59,569 nucleotides of DNA from positions 1-59,569 of the forward strand of contig JBDRBF010000083.1 of NCBI GenBank assembly GCA_043822925.1, written 5' to 3'. Shown here one piece after another: positions 39,504 through 49,437 of the stretch; within the stretch, counting starts at the first letter, position 1; every line of letters starts with the position of its first letter. The stretch is from a bacterium (GTDB lineage Bacteria; Babelota; Babeliae; Babelales; RVW-14). The position numbers were made by a program, and so were the translations under genes. The notes below the pieces were generated by a model. It made no database searches. It saw nothing but the letters and a program-made list of their open reading frames with translations, and was not told the origin of the DNA.

Positions 39504-42500
39504 GTATCCAGCTGTATTTTGACCCCTAATTGTTCGATGTCTTCAAGCGTTTTGAGCGTGCAGGTCATTTTTTTTCTGCTATTTAATAAAAGCGTTTCGC
39601 TGTTCTCATAAAATTGTATTTTGAGTGGCGTAGAACCATTTGGCAGAGCGTTACTTATATTAGTTAAGAGCGTTTCGTCACAGTCTGCTGGTAAAATAAG
39701 CGTTGCTTCTGTAATAAGCTTAGGGTTATCAAATACGTGCTCGAGCGGGATTAATTCTTGCGCTTTAATCTTGCACTTGCGTTCAGACATAATATCGACG
39801 TTGCCTTTAATTATAAAAGCGTCATGTTCGTCAAAGACGCCTGCCAGCTTAGCATAAAGCTTTGGGAAGATAACCAGCTCGGCCTGCGTTTGCATATCTT
39901 CAAATTGTGCGAACGCCATTTTATCGCCTTTTCGTGTTGTTATTTCACGCATAGATTGAAGAAGTCCTATACAAGATACTTGTGGTTCTTGTGCTGATTC
40001 TTGTGCTTTTTTGTTGGCAGGGATTTCTTTTACGCTATTTAATATTTGTTCAAATGTTTGTGTACGCAGCCATTTGGTTGCTTTATAACTTTTGAGTGGA
40101 TGAGAGCTTAAATAAAAGCCCGCAACTTCTTTTTCTTTGGCTAATTTGTCTTTGAGTGACCAGTCTGGTGTTTGTGAAAATGTAAAAAATTGGCTTGAGT
40201 TATTTGAGTCAGAATCTGTTGCACGAGAACTTGCAAAGTTAAAGAGGCCCATTTGGCCCGTTAGAGCTTGTTCTTTGTGTTCTTGCGCTAAAGCCATTAC
40301 TTTTTCTAGGTCAGCAGTTTTTTGTGCTCGATTTCCCGGGAATCCATCAAGAGCCCCGGCGCTAATTAGATTTTCGATAACGCGCGAGTTAGCGGCGCGT
40401 AAATCGATACGTTTGCAAAAGTCGAGCAGGTCTGTAAACGGCTTTTTTGCGCGTGCTTCTAGAATGCTCGTAAGAGCTGCTTGGCCAATGTTTTTTATGC
40501 CTTTGAGGCCAAATAAAATACCCGTAGGGCTTGCTGTAAATTCGATTTCTGATCTGTTAACGTCAGGTAATAGTAATGGGATCCCCATTTCGTTAATAAC
40601 ATGTAAGTAATGGGTAAACTGGTCTGGGTTGCCTGTTTCAAACGAAACTGAGCTTGCCATAAATTCATACGGGTAATGTGCTTTAAGATAGGCTGTGTGA
40701 TAGGCAATAATCGCATATGCTGTCGAGTGTGATTTATTAAAGCCGTATCCAGCAAAATAAGCCATCAGGTCAAATAATTTTCCCGCTTTGCCACCATCTC
40801 GGCCGCGTTCTGTCGCGCCTTTAACGAACAGTTCTTTTTGCTGGGCCATGACGTCTGCTTTTTTCTTTCCCATGGCGCGTCGCAAAATATCTGCGGCCCC
40901 AAGCGAGTATCCGGCGATTGCAGATGCAATTTTCATAACTTGTTCTTGGTAGACGATAACGCCGTATGTTTCTTCAAGTACTGGTTGAAGTTCTGGGAAA
41001 ACATAAGTTACTTCTTGGCGTCCGTGACGACGTTCGATATAGTCGTCAACCATACCAGCTCCAAGTGGGCCTGGGCGATAGAGTGCGTTAACCGCAATTA
41101 AGTCTTCAAATTTGTCTGGCTTTAATTTACGTAAAACGTCTTTAATACCGTCAGATTCAAACTGGAAAACAGCGTCTGTTTGACCATTACTGGCTAGTTC
41201 GAAAACACGGGGGTCGTCCAGGGGGATTCTATCTAAATCTATTGTTAAGCCGTGATTTTTCTTGATTTCATCTAATGTATGTTCGATTACGGTTAAGTTT
41301 TTGAGCCCCAAAAAATCCATTTTTAAGAAGCCCAAATTTTCTAACTCTGTCATAGCATATTGCGTGACTAAGTCTGTTGTTTTTGGGGGTATATATAATG
41401 GGAGGGACTGATCAAGTGGTTCAGGTGCAATGACGACGCCGGCAGCATGTTTTGATGCATGACGTGTCAGTCCTTCAAGTTTAAAGCAAATATCAAAAAG
41501 CTGCTTAATTTTAGGGTTTGCAGCTATCATTTCTTGTAGCTTTGGTTCTTGCTCGATAGCTTCTTTGAGCGTAATTTTAAGTTGTTCGGGAATAAGATCA
41601 GTAAGGGCGTTGGCATCTTGAAACGGGAAACCCATGGTGCGCGCAACGTCTTTGATTACGCCTTTGGCCATCATGGTACCAAACGTGATAATTTGGCAGA
41701 CGCAATCGTGTCCGTATGTATCTTTGACGTAATTAATAACTTCTTCGCGCCTGTTCATGCAAAAATCAATATCTATATCAGGCATGCTGACGCGTTCAGG
41801 GTTTAAAAAACGTTCGAAAAGTAAGTTGTATTTGAGCGGGTCGACGTGCGTTATTTCAAGTGCCCATGCAACAAGCGATCCTGCCGCAGAGCCTCGACCG
41901 GGGCCGACTGGTATATTTTGACGTTTTGCCCATTTAATAAAATCACTGACGACCAAGAAGTAGCCAATAAAGCCCATTTTTTTTATGAGATCTATTTCTT
42001 CACGTAATCGCGCTTCGTATTCTTCTGTTTGATCGAGCGGGATGAGTTTTTTCTTTTTGAGCTCTTCGAGCCCTTCTTTGCTGCTTTGTTCAAAAAAACT
42101 TTCTTGCGTTTGGCCTTCTGGCACGGGGCTATTTGGGAAGAATAACCTGCCAAATTCGAATACAAATTCACACTGTTTGGCTATTTTTTCGGTGTTCCAG
42201 ATAATTTCTTCTGGGTAGTGCTTGAATGCTGTCAGCATTTCTTCTGTTGTACGTAAATGCACGCGATACTCGCCAAAAGTATATCGATCAGGGTTAGACA
42301 TGATGTCTTTGGTTTGAATAGACAATAATATTTCGTGAGCTTCGCGGTCTTGTGCGTGTAAATAATGAGCGTCGCATGCAGCTATACATGGCACGTCAAA
42401 TTTTTGGCTATATTCGAATAATCTTTTATTGGTAATTGTCTGGTCTTGATTTATTTCTTGCTCTGGATGTAGTTCGAAAAAAAAACGATCAGGGCCAAAA

Positions 42501-42988
42501 ATATCTTTAAACCAGGTGATGCGCGACTCAGCTTCTTCAAATTTATCTTTACGCAAAAGTGTTGGAATATGCCCGCCTAGACAGGCTGTGCTGGCTATTA
42601 AGCCTTCGTGATATTTTTCGAGCATTGCATAGTCAATACGAGGTTTAAAGTAAAAGCCTTCTTGATATGCAAGAGCTTGTAGTTTGCACAAATTTTTATA
42701 TCCCTGTTTGTTTTGCACAAGCAAAATCAGGTGGTAATATTTGTCTTTAATATCTTTTACTTTTATATCGGGCGTGAGATATATTTCTATGCCCAAAATC
42801 GGCTTTATTTTTTCTTTTTGAGCCATCTGAAAGAATTTAACCGCGCCAAAAATATTACCATGGTCAGTAACGGCCAGAGACGACCATTGTTGTTCTTTTG
42901 CATAGTGTATGAGGTCGGGCAGTCTTATGGCCCCATCAAGAAGTGAATATTCTGTGTGTACGTGTAGGTGCGTAAAGTTTTTACTCAT
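39500..42988 (-). CDS. dnaE: DNA polymerase III alpha subunit
   Basis: HLHVHTEYSLLDG PHP domain, GRGSAAGS, MPDIDIDF, YGFNKSH. Confidence 0.99.
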   Translation of the reverse strand: MSKNFTHLHVHTEYSLLDGAIRLPDLIHYAKEQQWSSLAVTDHGNIFGAVKFFQMAQKEKIKPILGIEIYLTPDIKVKDIKDKYYHLILLVQNKQGYKNLCKLQALAYQEGFYFKPRIDYAMLEKYHEGLIASTACLGGHIPTLLRKDKFEEAESRITWFKDIFGPDRFFFELHPEQEINQDQTITNKRLFEYSQKFDVPCIAACDAHYLHAQDREAHEILLSIQTKDIMSNPDRYTFGEYRVHLRTTEEMLTAFKHYPEEIIWNTEKIAKQCEFVFEFGRLFFPNSPVPEGQTQESFFEQSSKEGLEELKKKKLIPLDQTEEYEARLREEIDLIKKMGFIGYFLVVSDFIKWAKRQNIPVGPGRGSAAGSLVAWALEITHVDPLKYNLLFERFLNPERVSMPDIDIDFCMNRREEVINYVKDTYGHDCVCQIITFGTMMAKGVIKDVARTMGFPFQDANALTDLIPEQLKITLKEAIEQEPKLQEMIAANPKIKQLFDICFKLEGLTRHASKHAAGVVIAPEPLDQSLPLYIPPKTTDLVTQYAMTELENLGFLKMDFLGLKNLTVIEHTLDEIKKNHGLTIDLDRIPLDDPRVFELASNGQTDAVFQFESDGIKDVLRKLKPDKFEDLIAVNALYRPGPLGAGMVDDYIERRHGRQEVTYVFPELQPVLEETYGVIVYQEQVMKIASAIAGYSLGAADILRRAMGKKKADVMAQQKELFVKGATERGRDGGKAGKLFDLMAYFAGYGFNKSHSTAYAIIAYHTAYLKAHYPYEFMASSVSFETGNPDQFTHYLHVINEMGIPLLLPDVNRSEIEFTASPTGILFGLKGIKNIGQAALTSILEARAKKPFTDLLDFCKRIDLRAANSRVIENLISAGALDGFPGNRAQKTADLEKVMALAQEHKEQALTGQMGLFNFASSRATDSDSNNSSQFFTFSQTPDWSLKDKLAKEKEVAGFYLSSHPLKSYKATKWLRTQTFEQILNSVKEIPANKKAQESAQEPQVSCIGLLQSMREITTRKGDKMAFAQFEDMQTQAELVIFPKLYAKLAGVFDEHDAFIIKGNVDIMSERKCKIKAQELIPLEHVFDNPKLITEATLILPADCDETLLTNISNALPNGSTPLKIQFYENSETLLLNSRKKMTCTLKTLEDIEQLGVKIQLDT

Positions 42989-43057
42989 GTACTGCCTGTT
43001 TTATCGGATAACATGAAGATTGAATGTGGCCGGGATAAATAATCCCGGCCTGCGAAC

Positions 43058-43642
43058 TTAGATCTCTCTGACTTCGTGTGCTTTTTTCTCAGTTAATTTG
43101 TCAACTTTTTCCATGTACAGGTCAGTAATTTTTTGCATGATCGTAGACAGTTTTTTTGCAAAATCTTCAGAAATTATTTTTTTCTTTTCAGCGTTGCGAA
43201 TTTCGTTATGCACTTCTTTGCGCACGTTTCTGATGCCGACTTTGCAGTCTTCTGTTTTTTTGCCTAAAAGTTTGACGAGTTCTTCGCGTCGGTCAGAGCT
43301 CATTTGAGGGATTTGAATTCTGATTAAGTTACCATCGTTAACCGGTTTGCAGCCAAGATCAGAGATCATGATCGCTTTTTCGATTTCGCCGATAATACTT
43401 TTATCCCATGGTTGAATCGTCAAGAGTCTGCTTTCTGGGGCAGAGAGCGTTGCTACTTCTTTAAGTGCCATAAGTTGTCCGTAGCAATCTACTTTTATAT
43501 TATCAAGCAGTGCTGTTGTTGCTCTTCCCGTGCGTATACTTGCCAGATCTTTTTCATAATGCTTGAGCGGGAGTTCCATTTCTTTCTTAAGAATATCTTC
43601 AATACTCTTAGAATCGCCCTCTTTAAATGCTATTTCTTCCAT
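43058..43642 (-). CDS. frr: Ribosome recycling factor
   Basis: IRTGRA, IQPWDK, IRNVRKE; probable start ATG 43642 after GAGG. Confidence 0.96.
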   Translation of the reverse strand: MEEIAFKEGDSKSIEDILKKEMELPLKHYEKDLASIRTGRATTALLDNIKVDCYGQLMALKEVATLSAPESRLLTIQPWDKSIIGEIEKAIMISDLGCKPVNDGNLIRIQIPQMSSDRREELVKLLGKKTEDCKVGIRNVRKEVHNEIRNAEKKKIISEDFAKKLSTIMQKITDLYMEKVDKLTEKKAHEVREI

Positions 43643-43667
43643 TATTCTATCCTCTTTTTTACGAAGT

Positions 43668-44342
43668 TTATTTAATAGTACTTCCAAAATTAAGATCTTT
43701 TGCTGCATGTATCAAGGCTTCTGGTGCAAACATGTTAAATACTCGTACTGGTAGCTTATGTTGTTGTGCCAGTATTATAGCTGTTGCGTCGAGTATTTCA
43801 AGCTTTTGCCCGAGTACTTGTTCGTGGCTTATTTTTTTGACCAGAGTGCTTGTTTTGTCTTTTGCGGGGTCTGCGGTATAAATCCCATCGACATTTGTTG
43901 CCTTCCAGACCTGTGTTGCATTAATTTGTAGTGCGCGTATGACGGCATTAGTGTCAGTGGAAAAATACGGGTTTCCGGTGCCGCCGGCAAAAATTATACA
44001 TTGGTTTTTTTCTAAAGCTTTGTCGATGCTGTGTTGTGTTATTGTTTTTACTATATCCGGTGCGTGTATGGCGCTCATCAAGCAGGTATTTATGTTATTT
44101 GCTGAGAATATATCGTGCAGCATGAGCCCATTTATGAGCGTTGCAAGCATTCCCATATTATCTGCAGTCGTTCTTTTGATGTGTGTGCTTTTTGCGCCAC
44201 GTAAAATATTGCCACCACCGATAACAATACTAAAACAATATTCTGGATGTAAGGCTTTTATTTGCTGTGCAACGCTTACTATGAGATCTTTGTTATTTTC
44301 TGCTAGGAGCGTCCCACTCAGTTTAAGCAGAATTGTTTTCAT
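43668..44342 (-). CDS. pyrH: UMP kinase
   Basis: LKLSG, GGGNILRG, GTGNPYFSTD. Confidence 0.96.
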   Translation of the reverse strand: MKTILLKLSGTLLAENNKDLIVSVAQQIKALHPEYCFSIVIGGGNILRGAKSTHIKRTTADNMGMLATLINGLMLHDIFSANNINTCLMSAIHAPDIVKTITQHSIDKALEKNQCIIFAGGTGNPYFSTDTNAVIRALQINATQVWKATNVDGIYTADPAKDKTSTLVKKISHEQVLGQKLEILDATAIILAQQHKLPVRVFNMFAPEALIHAAKDLNFGSTIK

Positions 44343-44359
44343 ATAATTATGCTTTGCTT

Positions 44360-45229
44360 TTATTTAGCTTGCCCTACAATAAAGTGGCTAAAGCGCTTGA
44401 TCGTAATAGTATTTTTAATTTTGCCCGATTCTTCTTTGATGTATTGTTCAATTGTTTGATCTTCGTTTTTTATATAAAGCTGGTTTATCAAGCAGACGTC
44501 TGAATAATATTTGTTTATTTTTCCGTCAATAATTTTGTCTAAAATATTCGCCGGCTTTTTGCTGTCTTTTAATTGATCGAGTGCAATTTCACGCTCTTTC
44601 GCAATTAAAGCTGGATCTAGATCCTGAGGTTGTACTGCAAGTGGGTTTCTGACGGCAATATGCATACAAACGTTGCGTGCTATTGCTTTTAGTTCGTCAA
44701 TATTCTTTGAAGCATCATGTTCTGTCGCGAGTTCAATAATAATGCCGACTTGTGAGCCTGGGTGAATATAGTAATTTATTAATCCGTGCGTCTGGACGGT
44801 AAGTACGGCAATTTTGTTGATATGAATTTTTTCAGCAATTTTAGCTAAAATTTCGTCATGTTGTTTTTTGAGTTCAGGAAGTTTAGCTTCAAGCGCCTCT
44901 GGATTAGTTTCTTTTGTTTCAAGAGCTCCTTTTGCAATATTTAAGCAAAAATCTTGCATAGCGGCTGTGTTTGCAGAAAAATCTGTTTCACAACCGACTT
45001 GGATAAGAGCGCCTGATTGAGCGTTTTGGTCGATATAAGCTTCTATGCGGCCGTTATTGGTTGCATAGTCTGCTCGTTTGGAGGCGATGGCGGCTCCTTT
45101 TTTACGTAAGATATCAATCGCTTTTTCCATGTCGCCATTTGATTCTTCAAGGGCTTTTTTGCAGTCCATCATGCCAATTTGTGTTTTTTCGCGCAGTTCT
45201 TTAACCATTTCCATAGATACGTTTGCCAT
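44360..45229 (-). CDS. tsf: Translation elongation factor Ts
   Basis: VKELREKTQIGMMDCKKAL, CETDF, MHIA. Confidence 0.98.
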   Translation of the reverse strand: MANVSMEMVKELREKTQIGMMDCKKALEESNGDMEKAIDILRKKGAAIASKRADYATNNGRIEAYIDQNAQSGALIQVGCETDFSANTAAMQDFCLNIAKGALETKETNPEALEAKLPELKKQHDEILAKIAEKIHINKIAVLTVQTHGLINYYIHPGSQVGIIIELATEHDASKNIDELKAIARNVCMHIAVRNPLAVQPQDLDPALIAKEREIALDQLKDSKKPANILDKIIDGKINKYYSDVCLINQLYIKNEDQTIEQYIKEESGKIKNTITIKRFSHFIVGQAK

Positions 45230-45323
45230 TATTCAGTACTCCTGTATTTTTATGAACATATATACTATTAAAGTGTCATTATTTTGCCAAAGCTGACCGA
45301 TTTTACAAGTTTAGTCTGTTTTT

Positions 45324-45352
45324 TTGACAAAAATTACATAAAAACTTATCAT
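45324..45352 (+). promoter_or_regulatory. Putative sigma70 promoter of rpmF-plsX
   Basis: TTGACA-17 bp-TATCAT. Confidence 0.65.
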
Positions 45353-45429
45353 ATGTGAATTCAAATCGCGTGATTTTCAGGATAACAATTGATTGTTCGT
45401 TAATTTTTGAACACAGGAGTAAATGAGCC

Positions 45430-45702
45430 ATGCCAGTACCAAAGCGTAAAGTTTCTCGGTCCAGACGTAATAATAGAAGTTCTTGTAAGTTTATTAGACC
45501 TCACGATACAGCCGTTTGTCCTACGTGCCAAGCGGTAAGTATTCCACATATTGTCTGTAAAGAGTGTGGTCATTATAAAGGTGTAAAAGTTTTGAGAACT
45601 AAGGCTGATCGCTTGCTCACGCGTAGCAAAAAACAAGAAACACAAGAAGTTAAAGCGCGTGCTCATCAAGCAGTAGGCCAAACAGGCGAAAAGTCAGCGT
45701 AG
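45430..45702 (+). CDS. rpmF: 50S ribosomal protein L32 (zinc-ribbon type, C-terminal extension)
   Basis: MPVPKRKVSRSRR...CPTC...PHIVCKECGHYKG. Confidence 0.96.
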   Translation: MPVPKRKVSRSRRNNRSSCKFIRPHDTAVCPTCQAVSIPHIVCKECGHYKGVKVLRTKADRLLTRSKKQETQEVKARAHQAVGQTGEKSA

Positions 45703-45722
45703 TCGAAGTAAAGGGTAAACCG

Positions 45723-46766
45723 GTGGCAACTGGACCCGAGATCGTACCTGTTCTTGCACCCGTAATCGCACCAATTATCGCACCAATTATTGCACCAATT
45801 ATCGCACCAATTATCGCAGTTGATGCTATGGGTGGAGATAATGCGCCACATGAAATAGTAAGTGGTGCGCTGGCTGCGGCTAAAAAACAAGTATCTATTA
45901 AGCTTTTTGGGCCCCGTATGGTGCTCAAAAAGCTTCTTTCTGAGTATGATGTTGGTTGGGAGCAATACCCAATCATCGTGTGTGATGCTCCAGAGAGCAT
46001 TGGCATGGGTGAAAATCCGGTCACAGCCGTGCAAAGCAAAGCGCAATCATCACTCGTCCAAGCTGTTATGTGTGTTAAAAATGGTCATGCTACTGCTGTG
46101 CTATCAGCCGGCAGTTCAGGTGCTCTTTATGCGGCCTCTATGCTTATTTTGGGCAGATCTAGTCACGGGCGTCCAGGTATTATTGGTTTTTTACCAGCTA
46201 AAAAAGAGCGTGTTCTTGCGCTTGATTTGGGAGCCAATGTCGATTGTCGTGCTCAGCATTTATATGAATTTGCGTATATGGCGCATGATTTTGCTTTAAA
46301 CGAGCTTAAAATGCAAAGTCCCCGTATTGGCCTTTTGTCTAATGGACAAGAAGACGGGAAGGGGTCTCGACTTACAAAAGAAGCTTTTGTTTTACTTAAA
46401 TCAGGTACAGGCATTAATTTTGTTGGTAACGTAGAGCCAGTCGCTATTTTTAATAATCATGTTGATATTGTTATTACAGATGGTTTTTCTGGTAATATTT
46501 TATTAAAAACAATGGAAACAATTTATACACTTTTCTCTGATTTATTAATTCAAAGATCATTGCAGTGTGAAAACTTAGATATTAATAGCTGGTGCAAAAA
46601 GTTTCTCTTAGAATGTTCTCAGGTGAGTGATAGTAAAAAACAGGGGGGCGCGTTATTGCTTGGAGTTAACGGGCGTGTAATCGTATGTCACGGTAATTCT
46701 GATGCTTACGCTATTGAGCAGGCTATCATGTTGGCTGCTCATGGGAATTTGGCCCTTTTTTCATAA
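45723..46766 (+). CDS. plsX: Phosphate acyltransferase PlsX with repetitive N-terminal extension
   Basis: IAVDAMGGDNAP, SAGSSGA, DLGAN, DGFSGNILLK, GGALLLG; follows rpmF. Confidence 0.95.
   Translation: MATGPEIVPVLAPVIAPIIAPIIAPIIAPIIAVDAMGGDNAPHEIVSGALAAAKKQVSIKLFGPRMVLKKLLSEYDVGWEQYPIIVCDAPESIGMGENPVTAVQSKAQSSLVQAVMCVKNGHATAVLSAGSSGALYAASMLILGRSSHGRPGIIGFLPAKKERVLALDLGANVDCRAQHLYEFAYMAHDFALNELKMQSPRIGLLSNGQEDGKGSRLTKEAFVLLKSGTGINFVGNVEPVAIFNNHVDIVITDGFSGNILLKTMETIYTLFSDLLIQRSLQCENLDINSWCKKFLLECSQVSDSKKQGGALLLGVNGRVIVCHGNSDAYAIEQAIMLAAHGNLALFS
45744..45818 (+). repeat. In-frame 12-bp tandem repeat (APII) in plsX
   Basis: gcaccaattat(c/t) x4 at 45768-45815 plus two decayed upstream units. 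Confidence 0.95.
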
Positions 46767-46880
46767 AGTTTTTTATGTACAATATTATTGTTTGAGTTAT
46801 AATTTAATAATGTCTTTGTATTAATACGGAAAAATAAAAATTTGCAAATTTTCAGATAGTAAATTGAGTGGTTTGAACTT

Positions 46881-46906
46881 GGATCTCAGATCGAGTCTGG
46901 GATGAC
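46881..46906. repeat. 26-bp palindromic element, intergenic
   Basis: ggatctcagatcgagtctgggatgac; related to copies at 47677 and 54349. Confidence 0.8.
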
Positions 46907-46944
46907 AAGCGTTATTAACAAGTATTTACGTGGGAGACGTACTA

Positions 46945-47664
46945 ATGGAAGCGCATTTGGATCCAGTAAGCCGTGTTATAAGCAAGATTGTAGATTTTGT
47001 TAAAAAGTATAAAAACTTAGTTCTTGGTGGCCTTGTTGCCATTGTTCTTTTTACAAGCGCATCTATTGGGTACCGTTGGTATTTCAATTCAGTTCAAGTA
47101 GCTGCGCATCGTGATTTTGTCCAAGCTTTGAAATATTTTGATGCCCCAGTTAAAGAAGTTGTTGAAGTATCAGCAGCTCAAGAACATGTTTTTCCGTCAG
47201 AACAAACAAAATGGGCAAAAGTAATACAAGTTTTTCAAGACGCCTACAAAAAGAACTCTCATTCGACGCTTGCGCCATTATTTCAGGCATTTCTTTCTGA
47301 AGCGTATTTAAATAGTGGTAATTATGCTCAGGCATTACAAGAGTTACAAGTAGCTGTAAGTAACATGAAAGGCGACTCCGTTAAGCAAGCATATATTTTA
47401 AAGCTCGCCCTTATGTCTCTTGATAGCCCTGAACCAAAAGTAGTAGAAGCAGGCTTAGAGCAGCTTAAACGTATCGCTTATGAACCTGAAAATATTGCTC
47501 ATGCTCAAGCACTTTTTCATTTAGGTATGTACTCATGGGTGCATAAGAACTTTGATCAAGCTAAAGGCTTGTGGCAGCAATTTATTGTTAAATTTGGTGA
47601 AGAAAAAACACTTGAACGAGAAGTTAAAATTGTTCGTTCAAAACTTGAATTAATTGCTGTTTAA
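46945..47664 (+). CDS. YfgM-like membrane-anchored TPR protein
   Basis: N-terminal TM (LVLGGLVAIVLF...GYRWY) followed by TPR-like helices. Confidence 0.75.
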   Translation: MEAHLDPVSRVISKIVDFVKKYKNLVLGGLVAIVLFTSASIGYRWYFNSVQVAAHRDFVQALKYFDAPVKEVVEVSAAQEHVFPSEQTKWAKVIQVFQDAYKKNSHSTLAPLFQAFLSEAYLNSGNYAQALQELQVAVSNMKGDSVKQAYILKLALMSLDSPEPKVVEAGLEQLKRIAYEPENIAHAQALFHLGMYSWVHKNFDQAKGLWQQFIVKFGEEKTLEREVKIVRSKLELIAV

Positions 47665-47676
47665 GAAATTTGGACG

Positions 47677-47702
47677 GGATCCCAGACTTGATCTGGGATG
47701 AC
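47677..47702. repeat. 26-bp palindromic element, intergenic
   Basis: ggatcccagacttgatctgggatgac; 21-bp core identical to 54352-54372. Confidence 0.85.
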
Positions 47703-47773
47703 AAAGAATAGAGAATAGGGCTTGGATAGAAAGAAATTTGGATATTGAGCCCTATATAATAAAGAATAAGAAT

Positions 47774-49189
47774 ATGACAAACGTTCGTGTACGCTTTGCA
47801 CCATCACCAACCGGGAATTTACACATAGGTAGTATACGAAGCGCAATCTTTAATTGGTTGTACGCGCGTCATACAAACGGTGTGTTTTTACTTCGTATTG
47901 AAGATACAGATGTGCAACGCTCAACACAGGCGTTTTTAGATTCGCAGTTGGCTTCTTTGAAATGGTTTGGTCTTGAGTCGCAAGAACCGCTGGTTTACCA
48001 GCTTTCCCGGGCTCAAGAGCATAGAAACATAGCTCAAGAACTTATAGCACAGGGGCTCGCGTACCGGTGTTTCTGTACAGCGCGTAATTCAGAAGACGTG
48101 GTTGCGCAGTTAGATAAGGGCGTTGGGCATGTGTATGATAAAGCATGTCGTAATAAAAAAGTAACAGAAGAAGACTTGCAAAAACCATACGCGATTAGAT
48201 TTAAAATTCCGGATAACATCGAAATGATAGCGTTTAACGATGTTATCCGGGGTAAAATTAGTATAAAAGCAGATCAGTTAGACGATTTTATTATTGTACG
48301 CAGCGATGGTACGCCGATTTATAACTTTTGTGTTGTTGTCGACGATATTTATCAACGTATAACGCATATATTACGCGGTGAAGAGCACATACCAAATACG
48401 TTTAAACAAGTGCTTATTTATCGTGCGCTTGGGGCGCAAGAGCCTGTTTTTGCACATGTCCCGTTAATTTTGGGCAAATCAGGAAACAAGTTAAGTAAAC
48501 GTGATGCATCTGTCTCAGTCGACGAATATCGTGTAAATGGCTATATGCCTGAAGCACTGCTTAATTATCTTGTTCGTCTTGGCTGGTCTCATGGGGACCA
48601 AGAAATTTTTACACAAGACGAACTTATACAGTTCTTTGAATTAAAAGATATTGGTAAAAAAGGTGCGATTTTTGACTCGCAAAAGCTTGATTGGGTCAAT
48701 AGCATGTACATACGTAACGCGTCTTATGACCGGTTACTTGAGTGTTTTGGTCATATGAGCGTGCAGCGTTTAGAACAATTAAAAATGCTTTGGAGCCAAG
48801 AAGAGTTAGTAAAACTTATAGAACAGTATAAGCAACGTGCTGTAACGTTGCGCCAATTATCTGACGATATTATAGCTTTAGCGTACGATCCAGAAAATTA
48901 TGATTTAAGCGCGATAGCTAAATGGCGTACAGATAATACAAAAAAATTACTCGAAGATTTTATAAATACGTTTGTTGCGTGTGATAAAACCGGTCTATCC
49001 TGTACTTTGTTGCAGGCGCAGGCACAAGAGCTTTGTGCTCAGTATTCAGAAAAATTAGTAAACCTGGCTCAGCCATTACGTTTGGCGCTTACGGGCAAAA
49101 TACAGAGCCCTGGGGTATTTGAGTTAATTGAAATTTTAGGTAAAGAAAAAGCACTTAAGCGCATTAATGCGCTTAATGAAAAATTGTAA
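47774..49189 (+). CDS. gltX: Glutamate--tRNA ligase
   Basis: RFAPSPTG, HIGS, RIEDTD, KLSKR. Confidence 0.98.
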   Translation: MTNVRVRFAPSPTGNLHIGSIRSAIFNWLYARHTNGVFLLRIEDTDVQRSTQAFLDSQLASLKWFGLESQEPLVYQLSRAQEHRNIAQELIAQGLAYRCFCTARNSEDVVAQLDKGVGHVYDKACRNKKVTEEDLQKPYAIRFKIPDNIEMIAFNDVIRGKISIKADQLDDFIIVRSDGTPIYNFCVVVDDIYQRITHILRGEEHIPNTFKQVLIYRALGAQEPVFAHVPLILGKSGNKLSKRDASVSVDEYRVNGYMPEALLNYLVRLGWSHGDQEIFTQDELIQFFELKDIGKKGAIFDSQKLDWVNSMYIRNASYDRLLECFGHMSVQRLEQLKMLWSQEELVKLIEQYKQRAVTLRQLSDDIIALAYDPENYDLSAIAKWRTDNTKKLLEDFINTFVACDKTGLSCTLLQAQAQELCAQYSEKLVNLAQPLRLALTGKIQSPGVFELIEILGKEKALKRINALNEKL

Positions 49190-49204
49190 AAAGGTAGAAC
49201 GATG

Positions 49205-49338
49205 CTTCGACAGGCTCAGCATGAGCGCATGTGTTTAGTATTGTATCTACTCTAAACACGGTGAAATCGTGTGGCGCAGCTTTGTAGCCCGGGCACGAGG
49301 GGAGCTTTAGCTCTACGAGACCCCGGGATTGGGATGAC
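49205..49338. repeat. Intergenic cluster of REP-like elements
   Basis: cttcgacaggctcagcatgagcgc (related to 2273-2326), a cccggg...cccggg hairpin, and a tgggatgac half-element. Confidence 0.6.
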
Positions 49339-49437
49339 AAAATTAAATGGGGTTATAGAAATTTATGTGAGGTTAGATGCGCCACGTATAATTAATTGTA
49401 AAATTATAGCGGGGCGTATGAATATGGGAGTACTAAA

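Noticed and set aside
45650-46046. Minus-strand ORFs with IIGA and CDNW repeats
   Set aside because: Alternative-frame readings of the plsX 12-bp tandem repeat.
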